A stretch of 64,000 bases of DNA from Arenibacter sp. (GCA_041747755.1 JBGTEN010000001.1:668-64667), one strand, 5' to 3'; positions 8,646 to 19,533 are shown, counted from the stretch's first letter. Translations and numbers: made by a program. The notes: generated by a model not told the origin, from the letters alone.

Positions 8646-11600
8646 ATGAGTTTTTTAAATTCGGTACTGAAGATTTTTGTTGGGGACAAATCGCAAAAAG
8701 ACGTAAAAGAGCTACAGCCATTAGTAGCGCAAATTAGATCTTTTGAAAAGGATCTTGAAAAAATAAGCCATGATGAATTACGATCCAAAACTGTTAGATT
8801 CAAGGCTCTGTTAGAGGCAGATGGGAAGGCTCTTAATGAACAAATCACTGTGTTAAGGGAAGAGGTTTTGGCTTCAACAGATATTGATAGAAATGAAGAT
8901 ATTTACGCTGAGATTGATCGACTTAAAGAAGAGCTCTACAAAGTTTCCGAAAAGACTTTGGAAATTATCTTGCCTGAGGCTTTTGCAGTAGTAAAAGAAA
9001 CAGCCAAACGTTTTGTAAACAATACCACGCTTACAGTGACTGCATCGGAGTTCGACAGAAAAATTTCCGGTACAAAGACCTATGTTACTCTCGATGGAGA
9101 CAAAGCCATATGGAAAAATTCATGGGACGCTGCCGGAAAGGAAGTAACCTGGGATATGGTGCACTATGATGTACAGTTAATTGGAGGTATTGCATTGCAT
9201 CGTGGGAAAATTGCAGAGATGCATACCGGAGAAGGAAAAACTTTGGTGGCAACTTTGCCTATGTATTTAAATGCGCTAACCGGAAATGGAGTGCATTTGG
9301 TAACGGTGAACGATTATTTGGCAAAAAGAGATAGTGCTTGGATGGCTCCAATTTTTGAGTTTCACGGGCTCTCGGTGGCTTGCATAGACAATCATCAGCC
9401 TAATTCAGACGGGAGAAGAGACGCATACAATGCGGACATTACGTATGGTACTAACAATGAATTTGGATTTGACTACCTAAGAGACAATATGGCACATACA
9501 CCAAAGGATTTGGTGCAACGTCCACATCATTATGCTATTGTAGATGAGGTAGATTCTGTTTTGGTAGATGATGCCCGTACCCCTTTAATTATTTCCGGTC
9601 CGGTTCCCGAAGGAGACAGGCATGAATTCAACGAATTAAAGCCAAAAATCAACGATATTGTTCAAAAACAGAGACAATATTTAACAGGGGTTTTGGCTGA
9701 AGCCAAAAAATATATTGCCGAGGGCAATACCAAAGAAGGTGGTTTTTTGTTGCTAAGAGTTCATAGAGGTCTACCTAAGAATAAGGCTCTTATTAAATTT
9801 TTGAGCGAAGAAGGGATTAAGCAATTGCTTCAAAAGACTGAAAACTTCTACATGCAGGATAATAACAGGGAGATGCCGAAAATAGATGAAGAGCTTCTTT
9901 TTGTCATTGATGAAAAAAACAATCAGATAGAACTTACTGATAAAGGGGTAGATTATATTTCCGGGGACACAGACAAAGATTTTTTCGTAATGCCGGATAT
10001 CGGTGGTGAGATTGCAAAAATTGAAAATCAGAATTTGGAAATCGAAAAGGAAGCATCTTTAAAAGAAGAACTGTTTCGGGATTTTGCAATAAAAAGCGAA
10101 CGTATTCATACCATGAGCCAATTGTTAAAGGCGTACACCCTTTTTGAAAAGGATGTGGAGTATGTGGTTATGGACAATAAGGTAATGATTGTGGATGAAC
10201 AAACCGGACGAATAATGGACGGTCGTCGGTATTCCGATGGATTACATCAGGCCATTGAAGCAAAAGAAAATGTGAAGATTGAAGCAATGACCCAGACTTT
10301 CGCTACAATTACCCTGCAAAATTACTTTAGAATGTATAAGAAATTGGCTGGGATGACAGGAACAGCCATAACAGAGGCAGGGGAGTTCTGGGAAATTTAT
10401 AAGTTGGACGTCATGGAAATTCCCACGAACCGACCTATAGCGAGAGATGACAGGAATGATCTGATTTATAAAACCAAGAGAGAAAAGTATAACGCAATAA
10501 TTGATGAGGTTACGAAATTATCGGCAGCAGGAAGACCGGTTTTGATTGGTACTACATCGGTAGAAATTTCGGAACTGTTATCCCGAATGCTAACCATTAG
10601 GAAAGTACCTCATAATGTACTCAACGCCAAACTGCATAAAAAAGAAGCGGATATTGTAGCAGAGGCTGGAAAATCCGGAATTGTTACTATAGCTACGAAC
10701 ATGGCCGGGCGTGGAACCGATATTAAACTTTCTGACGAAGTAAAAAAAGCAGGAGGTTTAGCTATTGTAGGTACAGAGCGTCATGATTCTCGACGTGTAG
10801 ATAGGCAGTTAAGGGGTCGTTCAGGACGTCAGGGAGATCCGGGAAGTTCTCAATTTTATGTTTCTTTAGAAGATAATTTAATGCGTTTATTTGGTTCGGA
10901 TAGAGTGGCAAAAATGATGGATCGTATGGGCCTTGAAGAAGGCGAAGTAATACAACATTCCATGATGACTAAATCCATAGAACGGGCGCAGAAAAAAGTA
11001 GAGGAAAATAACTTTGGTATTCGAAAGCGCTTGCTAGAGTATGATGATGTTATGAATGCCCAACGCGAAGTAGTCTATAAAAGAAGGCGACATGCCTTGC
11101 AGGGAGAACGCCTCAAGGTAGATATTGCAAATATGGTTTATGATACCTGCGAAGTAATTGCAGATACCAATAAGGCTGCCAATGATTATAAGAACTTTGA
11201 GTTTGAATTAATCAAATATTTCTCTATTACATCTCCGGTTTCAGAGCAGGAATTTGCCAAATTGAGTAGTATAGAAATCGCAGGTAAAATTTATAAGGCT
11301 ACCTATGAGTACTACATTTCAAAAATGGAGCGTAATGCGGCAACAGCTTTTCCTGTTATAAAAAAGGTATATGAGGATAGTTCCAGTAAGTTTGAACGTA
11401 TTGTTGTGCCCTTTACAGATGGTTTAAAAACGCTTAATGTAGTTACGGATTTAAGAGAGGCATATGAAAGTAATGGAAAACAACTTGTCACGGATTTTGA
11501 AAAGAATATTACTCTTGCCATTGTAGATGATGCATGGAAAACGCATCTTAGAAAAATGGATGAGTTAAAGCAATCTGTTCAGTTGGCAGTACATGAGCAA

Positions 11601-12008
11601 AAAGACCCGCTTTTAATCTATAAATTTGAGGCTTTTCAACTCTTTAAAGGGATGATAGACAAGGTCAATAAAGAGGTTGTTTCCTTTTTATTCAAAGGAG
11701 AATTACCCACAGCTAACCCTAATGAGATTCAAGAAGCAAAAAGCGTACGAAGACCAAAAGAGAATTTGCGGACCACTAAAGAAGAAATTCCCAATAGCGA
11801 TGAGAGATCGGCGCAAAGTAGGGCTATAAGTCAAAATCAAGTTGGAAGACAACAAGTAACCGAGACCATTGTCCGTGAAAGTGCGAAAATTGGTAGAAAT
11901 GATAAGGTAACTATTAAAAATGTACTTTCCGGCGAAAGTAAAACCTTAAAATATAAGCAAGCTGAATCCCTGATTGTTAAAGGGGATTGGGTATTGACAG
12001 AGGAGTAA
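8646..12008 (+). CDS. secA: preprotein translocase ATPase SecA
   Basis: [14 protein letters not shown] (Walker A), [21 protein letters not shown] (DEAD-like), [29 protein letters not shown]. The tracked start 8607 is a TTG. ATG 8646 ([11 protein letters not shown]) is the canonical SecA N-terminus. Confidence 0.97.
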   Translation: MSFLNSVLKIFVGDKSQKDVKELQPLVAQIRSFEKDLEKISHDELRSKTVRFKALLEADGKALNEQITVLREEVLASTDIDRNEDIYAEIDRLKEELYKVSEKTLEIILPEAFAVVKETAKRFVNNTTLTVTASEFDRKISGTKTYVTLDGDKAIWKNSWDAAGKEVTWDMVHYDVQLIGGIALHRGKIAEMHTGEGKTLVATLPMYLNALTGNGVHLVTVNDYLAKRDSAWMAPIFEFHGLSVACIDNHQPNSDGRRDAYNADITYGTNNEFGFDYLRDNMAHTPKDLVQRPHHYAIVDEVDSVLVDDARTPLIISGPVPEGDRHEFNELKPKINDIVQKQRQYLTGVLAEAKKYIAEGNTKEGGFLLLRVHRGLPKNKALIKFLSEEGIKQLLQKTENFYMQDNNREMPKIDEELLFVIDEKNNQIELTDKGVDYISGDTDKDFFVMPDIGGEIAKIENQNLEIEKEASLKEELFRDFAIKSERIHTMSQLLKAYTLFEKDVEYVVMDNKVMIVDEQTGRIMDGRRYSDGLHQAIEAKENVKIEAMTQTFATITLQNYFRMYKKLAGMTGTAITEAGEFWEIYKLDVMEIPTNRPIARDDRNDLIYKTKREKYNAIIDEVTKLSAAGRPVLIGTTSVEISELLSRMLTIRKVPHNVLNAKLHKKEADIVAEAGKSGIVTIATNMAGRGTDIKLSDEVKKAGGLAIVGTERHDSRRVDRQLRGRSGRQGDPGSSQFYVSLEDNLMRLFGSDRVAKMMDRMGLEEGEVIQHSMMTKSIERAQKKVEENNFGIRKRLLEYDDVMNAQREVVYKRRRHALQGERLKVDIANMVYDTCEVIADTNKAANDYKNFEFELIKYFSITSPVSEQEFAKLSSIEIAGKIYKATYEYYISKMERNAATAFPVIKKVYEDSSSKFERIVVPFTDGLKTLNVVTDLREAYESNGKQLVTDFEKNITLAIVDDAWKTHLRKMDELKQSVQLAVHEQKDPLLIYKFEAFQLFKGMIDKVNKEVVSFLFKGELPTANPNEIQEAKSVRRPKENLRTTKEEIPNSDERSAQSRAISQNQVGRQQVTETIVRESAKIGRNDKVTIKNVLSGESKTLKYKQAESLIVKGDWVLTEE

Positions 12009-12035
12009 CTTTTCAGTAGAACAATCAACTTATCT

Positions 12036-12067
12036 AAAAACGGCAACCCGAAAAGTTGCCGTTTTTT
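12036..12067 (+). terminator. intrinsic terminator after secA
   Basis: Perfect stem CGGCAAC/GTTGCCG (12041..12047 / 12055..12061), 7-nt loop, then TTTTTT. Confidence 0.8.
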
Positions 12068-12118
12068 GTTTCCAAAATTCTATATCTTTACAAGGATAGC
12101 CTTAAATACTATTGACAT

Positions 12119-13516
12119 ATGGAAACCTCCAGACGAAGCTTTTTATCTTCCATTAGCATGCTGGCAGCAACAGCAGCAATTCCTTTTAGCGCATTTAGCT
12201 TTGGAAAAGAAAAGAAATTAAAAGTGGTACTCGTTGGTACCGGCATACGGGGCATAACCTTTTGGGGTAAAAGACTGGTACAACAATACCCTGATATTTT
12301 AGAGTTTGTTGGTCTTTGTGATAACAATCCGGGGAGGCTGGCTTATGCTAAAACATACATTGGTGTATCCTGTAGTACATTTACCAACTTTGAGGATATG
12401 GTAAAACAAACAACTCCGGATTTAGTCATTGTAACAACACGAGATACCAATCATCATGAGTTTATAATTAAAGGGCTGGAAATGGGTTGTGATGTTCTCA
12501 CGGAAAAGCCTATGACCACCGATGAGGTTAAATGTCAGGCTATACTAGACGCCGAAAAGAAATCCAGTAAAAATGTAATTGTAGGTTTTAATTATAGATG
12601 GAGCCCGTACGCAACAAAAATAAAGGAACTACTTGCTGCCAATACAATTGGCAAACTTACTTCTGTGGATTTTCACTGGTATTTAAATACCTATCATGGC
12701 GCATCTTATTTTAGACGGTGGCATGGAGAAATGGAGCAAAGTGGCTCTTTATGGGTACATAAAGCGACTCACCATTTTGATTTGTTAAACTGGTGGATAA
12801 ACTCTGAGCCTAATGAAGTTTTCGCTTACGGGGATTTGGAGAAATATGGAAAAAATGGCCCTTTTAGGGCAGCGAATTGCAGAACTTGTGAACATAAAGC
12901 AAATTGTGATTTTCATTTGGATATTACCAAAGATGAAGAAATGATGAAGCTCTATGTGGAGCATGAAAAGCATGATGGATATATCAGAGACAATTGTCTT
13001 TTCAGGGAGAATATCGACATTTATGATAAAATGTCTGCACAGGTAAAATACCAAAATAATGTTTCACTGAATTATTCACTAACTACCTATTCCCCTTTAG
13101 AAGGTTGGAGAGCTGCCTTTAATGGTACCGAAGGTAGAATTGAGGCCTGGCAAGATATTCCCTATTACAAAAATGAAAGCCTGGATCAGGAGGCATTGCA
13201 TCAAAGGGAAATGAATCAATCAAAAGAAGAAGAATCTTTTAATGAACCTATAATTGTCCATAAGCTTTGGAAAGATTTTGAAGCTGTAAATGTTGCTGCT
13301 GAAAAAAGCGGGCATGGGGGCGGGGATCAAAGACTACAGGATAAGATTTTCAGAAATCCGGAAGAAAAGGATGCTTTCGGTAGAACTGCCGGTATCCGTG
13401 ATGGGGCTATGTCTTGTCTTATAGGGATTGCTGCCAGACGAAGTATTGAGACAAGAAAACCTATAAAAATTGAAGACCTTACGGAACTTAAACCTAGAGT
13501 TGAACGTGATAAATAG
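12119..13516 (+). CDS. Gfo/Idh/MocA-family oxidoreductase with twin-arginine signal
   Basis: Tat motif SRRSFLSS plus hydrophobic region, and Rossmann motif KVVLVGTGIRG. Confidence 0.85.
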   Translation: METSRRSFLSSISMLAATAAIPFSAFSFGKEKKLKVVLVGTGIRGITFWGKRLVQQYPDILEFVGLCDNNPGRLAYAKTYIGVSCSTFTNFEDMVKQTTPDLVIVTTRDTNHHEFIIKGLEMGCDVLTEKPMTTDEVKCQAILDAEKKSSKNVIVGFNYRWSPYATKIKELLAANTIGKLTSVDFHWYLNTYHGASYFRRWHGEMEQSGSLWVHKATHHFDLLNWWINSEPNEVFAYGDLEKYGKNGPFRAANCRTCEHKANCDFHLDITKDEEMMKLYVEHEKHDGYIRDNCLFRENIDIYDKMSAQVKYQNNVSLNYSLTTYSPLEGWRAAFNGTEGRIEAWQDIPYYKNESLDQEALHQREMNQSKEEESFNEPIIVHKLWKDFEAVNVAAEKSGHGGGDQRLQDKIFRNPEEKDAFGRTAGIRDGAMSCLIGIAARRSIETRKPIKIEDLTELKPRVERDK

Positions 13517-13747
13517 CACGGAGCATCTTATTTTGAGAAAGTACTTGGATTTTATATCAAAACATTTTTAGATTTACAGTAATATCAAGAAGGTACGCTT
13601 TCAGAAACCATTTCATAAGTTTATAAACCCCCCACATCAAATAAGTATAAAGCCTATCAGATGTAACTGAGCATGTCACATACCAAACAAAAGCGATTAT
13701 GTTATGCAAGGTTCCATTATAACCGTTGAAAAGCAAATTGTAAAGAC

Positions 13748-14962
13748 ATGAAAAAACCAATCGAAGACCAATACCAGTTTCAGGATAAGGTTGCAATAGC
13801 ACAGCGTGTCAATATTTTTTCGGCAATATCAGCATTAGTTTTCGGGGTACTCTGCATCTATCCTCTGCAAATTAATCAAATTCTACCCTATGTTTTTATA
13901 GGTTTCGGAATACTTGTTCTTCTTAATGTTTTAGCATATAAAGCCCATGGAAACCTTACACTTACCTACAATTTTACCTCCATTTTGGCCCTTGTTTCCG
14001 CAATTGTTATAACCTTGTATAGCGGTGGTATTAACAGCCCTTTTATCTTTGTACTTGCTTTAATAGTTTTTGCGGGATATGTAACCACACGGGGTTACGG
14101 TAGGGTCTATTTAATTCTCAATATTGTAATTACAGGGCTTATATATATGCAACATCTGCCTAATTTTAATTTTACAGTTAATGTTGTCCCTCCTGAGTCT
14201 AGAAATTTATTCAGTCTTTTAAGTATTTTGTTTTCTGTGTATCTTTTGGGAGGTGTTTTTGGTAAAAACCTGCAGCGGACACAGTATAAGCTTTATAAAT
14301 CAAAGCGTGAAATAGAAAAACGAATTGCAGAAAAAGAAATGTTGCTTAAGGAAATTCACCATAGAGTTAAAAATAATCTTCAGACGGTATCCAGTTTATT
14401 AAGTCTTCAATCCAGAGCAACCGAAGATAGTACAGTTAAAAGTCTTTTTAAGAGCAGTCAAAATAGAGTAATTTCCATGGCAATGGTCCATGAAATGCTG
14501 TATATGAGAGATGATCTTTCCAAGATTGAGTATAAATCCTATGTACAGGAATTGAGTGAGTATTTGGTGCGATCTGTCAAAGGAACCCAGAACAATATAA
14601 AACTGACCATAGATATCCCGGATATAAAGCTGGGGATAGATACTGCTATTCCGTTGGGTCTTTTAATCAATGAAACCATCACAAATGCATTAAAATATGG
14701 AATTAAAGATGATTGTGATGGAGAAATACATATTGCTCTAAGGAAAGAAAAGGGTACAGATTATATATTAAATATTGGGGACAATGGCGTTGGTTTTTCC
14801 GATACTGTAAATCATAAAAACACTAAGTCTTTAGGATTAAAATTAATTTATAATTTGGCAAGACAACTTCAGGGCTCGATTATTCGAGACGCTTCCCTCA
14901 AAGGAACCAATTATATTGTAAAATTTCAGGAGATAGGTCAGAGTTTTCATTCTATCGCTTAA
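13748..14962 (+). CDS. membrane sensor histidine kinase (HisKA_2/COG3920 type)
   Basis: About 5-6 N-terminal TM helices, H-box EIHHRVKNNLQTVSSLLSLQ, and HATPase_c motifs NETITNALKYG and GDNGVGF. Confidence 0.85.
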   Translation: MKKPIEDQYQFQDKVAIAQRVNIFSAISALVFGVLCIYPLQINQILPYVFIGFGILVLLNVLAYKAHGNLTLTYNFTSILALVSAIVITLYSGGINSPFIFVLALIVFAGYVTTRGYGRVYLILNIVITGLIYMQHLPNFNFTVNVVPPESRNLFSLLSILFSVYLLGGVFGKNLQRTQYKLYKSKREIEKRIAEKEMLLKEIHHRVKNNLQTVSSLLSLQSRATEDSTVKSLFKSSQNRVISMAMVHEMLYMRDDLSKIEYKSYVQELSEYLVRSVKGTQNNIKLTIDIPDIKLGIDTAIPLGLLINETITNALKYGIKDDCDGEIHIALRKEKGTDYILNIGDNGVGFSDTVNHKNTKSLGLKLIYNLARQLQGSIIRDASLKGTNYIVKFQEIGQSFHSIA

Positions 14963-14965
14963 ATA

Positions 14966-14999
14966 TCTTTACCTTTTTTAGTCTTTACCTCTTTTTTGG
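14966..14999. repeat. tandem T-rich direct repeat TCTTTACCT(C)TTTTT(A/G)G x2, with degenerate copies to about 15043
   Basis: Read directly: TCTTTACCTTTTTTAG TCTTTACCTCTTTTTTGG, then GTTTTTACCTC and ATTTCCTTTTTTGG further on. Confidence 0.6.
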
Positions 15000-15135
15000 T
15001 TTTAGAATTTCGTTTTTACCTCAGGGATTATTTCCTTTTTTGGAATATCGTAAAAGTTGTCTTTGCTGCCAGTTAAAGTCACGGCATCCATTATTTTATT
15101 ACTATATTTAAAAGAACTAACTCAAAACTTTAAAA

Positions 15136-17664
15136 ATGTTAAAAAAACTATGCCTTTTGGTACTACTTTGTTGTACCTCAATCTATGGTCAAGATTATTT
15201 CTTTAAAAAATTCCATCCCTTTAATCCGGTCATTCCAACTCCTGAACAGTTCTTAGGCTACGGCATTGGGGAACGACATACACGACATGACTTAATTGTG
15301 GCTTATTTTGAGAAGCTGGCTGCGGTTTCAGACCGGGCCACTATTCATTACTATGGGAAAACCCATGAGGGAAGAAAATTGGTAATCCTTACCATCAGTA
15401 CTCCAGAGAACGTATCTAATTTAGAAAGTTTAAAAGCGCAACATCTCGACTTTATAAATCCAAAAAAAACAGTTTCAAATTATGAAAGTGTTCCGGTTTT
15501 CATCAATTTGGGATATAATGTTCACGGAAACGAACCTTCCAGCTCTGAAGCTGCCCTTTTAGCTGCCTACACGTTTGTTGCCTCAAATAGCCCGGAGATT
15601 TTAAGCTATTTAAAGGATGCCGTTCTTTTTGTAGACCCTGCAATAAATCCAGATGGAAGGGATAGACATACGCAATGGGCTAATTCGTATCAGGGTAATC
15701 CGCTGGTGGCAGATCCACAAGATGCCGAACATAACGAGCATTGGCCCGGAGGGCGAACCAATCACTATTGGTTTGATTTGAACCGGGATTGGCTTCTGGC
15801 TATTCATCCTGAAAGTCAGGGAAAATTAAAATGGTACCATGAGTGGTACCCAAATGTGGTTACAGATTTTCACGAGATGGGCAGTCAGAGCACTTATTTT
15901 TTTGAACCCATGAAAACCAATGGATCTTGGGAACCTATCATGCCTAAAGAAAATTATGTAGATTTAAATACCATCTTTGGAGATTATTATGCCAAGGCGT
16001 TAGATAGCATAGGATCTTTCTATTTTACTAAAGAGGTTTTTGACGGCACTTATCCGGGATATGGCTCATCGTATCCTGACATTCAGGGAGGCCTTGGAAT
16101 CTTGTTTGAGCAAGCTAGTTCTAGAGGGCATAAACAGACTACTCCTTTCGGGGAAATTACTTTTCCGTTTACCATTCGCAATCAATATACATCTAGTATC
16201 AAGACGGTAGAAGCAGCGGTTAAAAACAAGGGGTATCTTTATAAATACCAGCAAGAATTTTTCAAGAGTGCTTTGAGTAATGCATCTAAAAGCAAGGTAA
16301 AGGGATATGTTTTCGGTGATGAGTTCGATTCAAATAGAATGAAGGCCTTTATAGATAAGTTATTATTACATAAAATTGAAGTATACAAATCCGGAACCGG
16401 ATCCTTTGTAGTGCCAACCAACCAGCCTCAGTATAGGATGGTACAAACCATGTTTGAAACCTATAAGAAATATAGAGATAGTGTTTTTTATGATGCCTCA
16501 GCATGGTCTGTAGGGAATTTTTATAATACAAAATACAAACCGGTGACCACACTGAGTCTCGGAGAAAAAATTGAAAGTACGACAAGCTTATTTTCCGTTG
16601 CGCCGTTTCAGAAATCAGAATATGCCTATTTGATTGATGCGGATGATTATAATGCGCCTGCACTGCTCTATCATTTACAGACCAATGGATTGGTACTATC
16701 AGCAGCATTTAAGCCTTTTACAAGCCGGGTGGGCACGGGCACCAGAGCATTTAATTATGGAACGTATGTTCTACCGGTGAGTCTGCAAAAGAAAACTTCC
16801 GATGAAGTATTTAAAATACTGCAAGAAGGGCAACAAAAATATGCCGTACCTGTTTACCATCTTGCCTCTGGCTATAATCTGGAAGGAATCGATTTGGGAA
16901 GTGGTTTTGTGCAACCCCTTAAACAGCCAAAAGTTGCCATGCTTATTGGTGACGGGATCAGTTCTTATGAGGCCGGAGAAATTTGGCATTTGATGGATAC
17001 ACGGATGCAAATGCCTATAACCAAAATTCCTTTATGGCGCTTTAATTCAGCGGATTTAAGTAAATATAATACTCTGGTTTTGGTATCGGGTCGTTATGAT
17101 CTTACTCAAAAACAGCAAGATAAAATAAAGGACTGGGCTACTACCGGAAATACGCTTATCACTATTGGTACAGCATCAAAATGGGCTATTGAAAAAAAGT
17201 TGGTCAATGAAAAATTAACAAAAGTGGAAAAAGATACTGCCAAGGTCACATTGCGGAGACCTTATGTTGATGCTACTGAAAATATAGGAAAAGAGAGTTT
17301 AGGAGGAGCCATTTTTAAAGTCGATTTGGATATTACGCATCCACTGGCTTTTGGCTACAGGGATGGTTCCATTCCCATCTATAAAAACAACACGGTTTGG
17401 TTGCAACCCAGTAAGAACGAATATGCCACCGTTGCGAAATATGCTGATAATGCACATATAGACGGATTTATTACAGATAAAAATCTAAATGAATTTTTAA
17501 AACCCTCTGCTTCGCTAATTGTAAGTCCAATTGGTACGGGTAGGGCTATTCTGTTTGCCGATAACCCCAATTTTAGAGGATCTTGGTACGGCACAAACAG
17601 GTTGTTTTTAAATGCACTATTTTTAGGTGATAAAATAAAAGTACCCAGCGAACCGGAAAGATAG
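15136..17664 (+). CDS. secreted M14-family zinc carboxypeptidase with long C-terminal extension
   Basis: Signal peptide; zinc ligands HGNE (HxxE) and DFHEMG; catalytic Glu context ILFEQAS. Paralog of 36738..39191. Confidence 0.85.
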   Translation: MLKKLCLLVLLCCTSIYGQDYFFKKFHPFNPVIPTPEQFLGYGIGERHTRHDLIVAYFEKLAAVSDRATIHYYGKTHEGRKLVILTISTPENVSNLESLKAQHLDFINPKKTVSNYESVPVFINLGYNVHGNEPSSSEAALLAAYTFVASNSPEILSYLKDAVLFVDPAINPDGRDRHTQWANSYQGNPLVADPQDAEHNEHWPGGRTNHYWFDLNRDWLLAIHPESQGKLKWYHEWYPNVVTDFHEMGSQSTYFFEPMKTNGSWEPIMPKENYVDLNTIFGDYYAKALDSIGSFYFTKEVFDGTYPGYGSSYPDIQGGLGILFEQASSRGHKQTTPFGEITFPFTIRNQYTSSIKTVEAAVKNKGYLYKYQQEFFKSALSNASKSKVKGYVFGDEFDSNRMKAFIDKLLLHKIEVYKSGTGSFVVPTNQPQYRMVQTMFETYKKYRDSVFYDASAWSVGNFYNTKYKPVTTLSLGEKIESTTSLFSVAPFQKSEYAYLIDADDYNAPALLYHLQTNGLVLSAAFKPFTSRVGTGTRAFNYGTYVLPVSLQKKTSDEVFKILQEGQQKYAVPVYHLASGYNLEGIDLGSGFVQPLKQPKVAMLIGDGISSYEAGEIWHLMDTRMQMPITKIPLWRFNSADLSKYNTLVLVSGRYDLTQKQQDKIKDWATTGNTLITIGTASKWAIEKKLVNEKLTKVEKDTAKVTLRRPYVDATENIGKESLGGAIFKVDLDITHPLAFGYRDGSIPIYKNNTVWLQPSKNEYATVAKYADNAHIDGFITDKNLNEFLKPSASLIVSPIGTGRAILFADNPNFRGSWYGTNRLFLNALFLGDKIKVPSEPER

Positions 17665-17700
17665 CCTAGGGGATAAAACGGATGAAAAGTAAAATATAGC

Positions 17701-19287
17701 ATGAGAAATCTTGTAATTTTTTTAGTTCTAGTTCTATTGTGGAATGGTTTTCTTCATTCACAAAGCTCAAATGGCGATGGGCCATTTACCCAATTGATTA
17801 TTAGGGGAGTTACATTAATAAACGGCAATGGAGCCCCGCCTCAAGGGCCGGTGGATATAGTAGTGGAAAACAACATCATCAAGAGTGTTCAGGTTGTGGG
17901 TTATCCCGGGGTTAAAATAGACCCCACCAAAAGACCCCAATTAAAGACAGGAGGAAAAGAACTGGATTGTACAGGAATGTACCTTATGCCCGGGTTTATT
18001 GATATGCATACCCATATTGGAGGCGCTGCTCAAGGGGCCGAACCGGATTATGTTTTTAAATTATGGATGGCGCATGGGGTAACTACAGTAAGAGAAGTAG
18101 GTGGAAGAGGCATAGAAAGTACATTGGAATTAAAACAGAAAAGCGCCAGAAATGAAATTGTGGCACCAAGAATTGTAGCTTTTACCAGTTTTGGACAGAC
18201 TAGTGAAACTTTCAATCCGTTAAACAATCTTCCAATTTCAACTCCAGATCAGGCTAGAATTTGGGTACGGGCTAATGCAAAAAAGGGCGCAGACGGAATA
18301 AAGTTCTTTGGAGCTTCCCCGGAAATAATGACTGCGGCTCTGGACGAAAACAACAAGCTGGGATTAGGGTCTGCATGTCATCATGCACAAATGGATGTAG
18401 CACGTTGGAACGTTCTGCATTCTGCAAGGGCGGGATTAACTTCTATGGAACATTGGTACGGTTTACCGGAAGCTTTGTTTACTGACAGAACGGTTCAGGA
18501 TTATCCGTTAGATTATAATTATCAGAATGAACAAGATCGCTTTGAAAATGCAGGGAAACTTTGGCAACAAGCAGCCAAACCTTTTACCGAGCATTGGAAC
18601 AAAGTTATGGACGAGTTATTGTCATTGAATTTTACCGTTGACCCAACCTTTAACATTTATGAAGCCAGCAGAGATTTACAGGGGGCAAGAAGGGCAGAGT
18701 GGCATGAAGAGTACACTTTACCCTCTTTATGGGAGTTTTATCAACCCAGTAAAATATCACATGGTTCTTACTGGCACGATTGGGGCACAGAACAAGAGGT
18801 AGTTTGGAAAGAGAACTACCGTTTATGGATGGCGTTTATAAATGAATTCAAAAATCGCGGGGGAAGGGTAACAACAGGGTCGGATTCCGGTTTTATTTTT
18901 CAGTTATATGGTTTTGCATACATCCGTGAGCTGGAACTGCTTCGGGAAGCAGGTTTCCATCCTCTTGAAGTTATTAGAGCAGCTACATTAAACGGCGCAG
19001 ATGCGTTAGGATTAGGTGATAAAATAGGGTCGGTAACTATTGGAAAGTTTGCCGATTTTGTTATCGTGGAAGAAAATCCACTTAAAAACTTAAAAGTACT
19101 CTACGGAACAGGAGCTATTAGACTAACCGAAACCAATGAAGTTGTGCGCGTAGGAGGAGTTAAATACACCGTCAAGGACGGAATTATTTATGACGCAAAA
19201 CAGTTATTAAAAGACGTAAAGGAAATGGTGGCACTGGAAAAACAAAAATTAAACTACAAAATAAAACAACCGGGAGTAAAAGAATAA
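17701..19287 (+). CDS. secreted metal-dependent amidohydrolase family protein
   Basis: Signal peptide; GFIDMHTHIGG metal-binding motif; C-terminal TGSDSG and FADFVIV motifs. Confidence 0.85.
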   Translation: MRNLVIFLVLVLLWNGFLHSQSSNGDGPFTQLIIRGVTLINGNGAPPQGPVDIVVENNIIKSVQVVGYPGVKIDPTKRPQLKTGGKELDCTGMYLMPGFIDMHTHIGGAAQGAEPDYVFKLWMAHGVTTVREVGGRGIESTLELKQKSARNEIVAPRIVAFTSFGQTSETFNPLNNLPISTPDQARIWVRANAKKGADGIKFFGASPEIMTAALDENNKLGLGSACHHAQMDVARWNVLHSARAGLTSMEHWYGLPEALFTDRTVQDYPLDYNYQNEQDRFENAGKLWQQAAKPFTEHWNKVMDELLSLNFTVDPTFNIYEASRDLQGARRAEWHEEYTLPSLWEFYQPSKISHGSYWHDWGTEQEVVWKENYRLWMAFINEFKNRGGRVTTGSDSGFIFQLYGFAYIRELELLREAGFHPLEVIRAATLNGADALGLGDKIGSVTIGKFADFVIVEENPLKNLKVLYGTGAIRLTETNEVVRVGGVKYTVKDGIIYDAKQLLKDVKEMVALEKQKLNYKIKQPGVKE

Positions 19288-19299
19288 GTAAATTCATAA

Positions 19300-19533
19300 T
19301 TAAGCTAATTTAGGTTTATCGTTTTTGGTGGTAAAGGACAATTCTTTCTTTACCTGAGAATTTTTGAACATGTACAAACGCGCAACACTATTTTCTTTTT
19401 CTTCACTAATTTTTTCTGTTTTGATTTCGATACCCATGGAAATGGTTTCAACTTTAACTTCAGCAGTATCATTTTGAGCTTGTGCAGCAACTCCGATAAA
19501 AAGGATAAAGAAGAAAGTGATTATAGTTTTCAT
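19300..19533 (-). CDS. small secreted Lys/Glu-rich hypothetical protein
   Basis: 77-aa ORF with a clear signal peptide MKTIITFFFILFIGVAAQAQ. No recognised family. Confidence 0.5.
   Translation of the reverse strand: MKTIITFFFILFIGVAAQAQNDTAEVKVETISMGIEIKTEKISEEKENSVARLYMFKNSQVKKELSFTTKNDKPKLA

Noticed and set aside
13557-13802. 81-aa minus-strand ORF in the spacer upstream of the histidine kinase.
   Set aside because: It overlaps the kinase start by 55 nt, has no motif, signal or promoter support, and its composition looks like translated AT-rich spacer.
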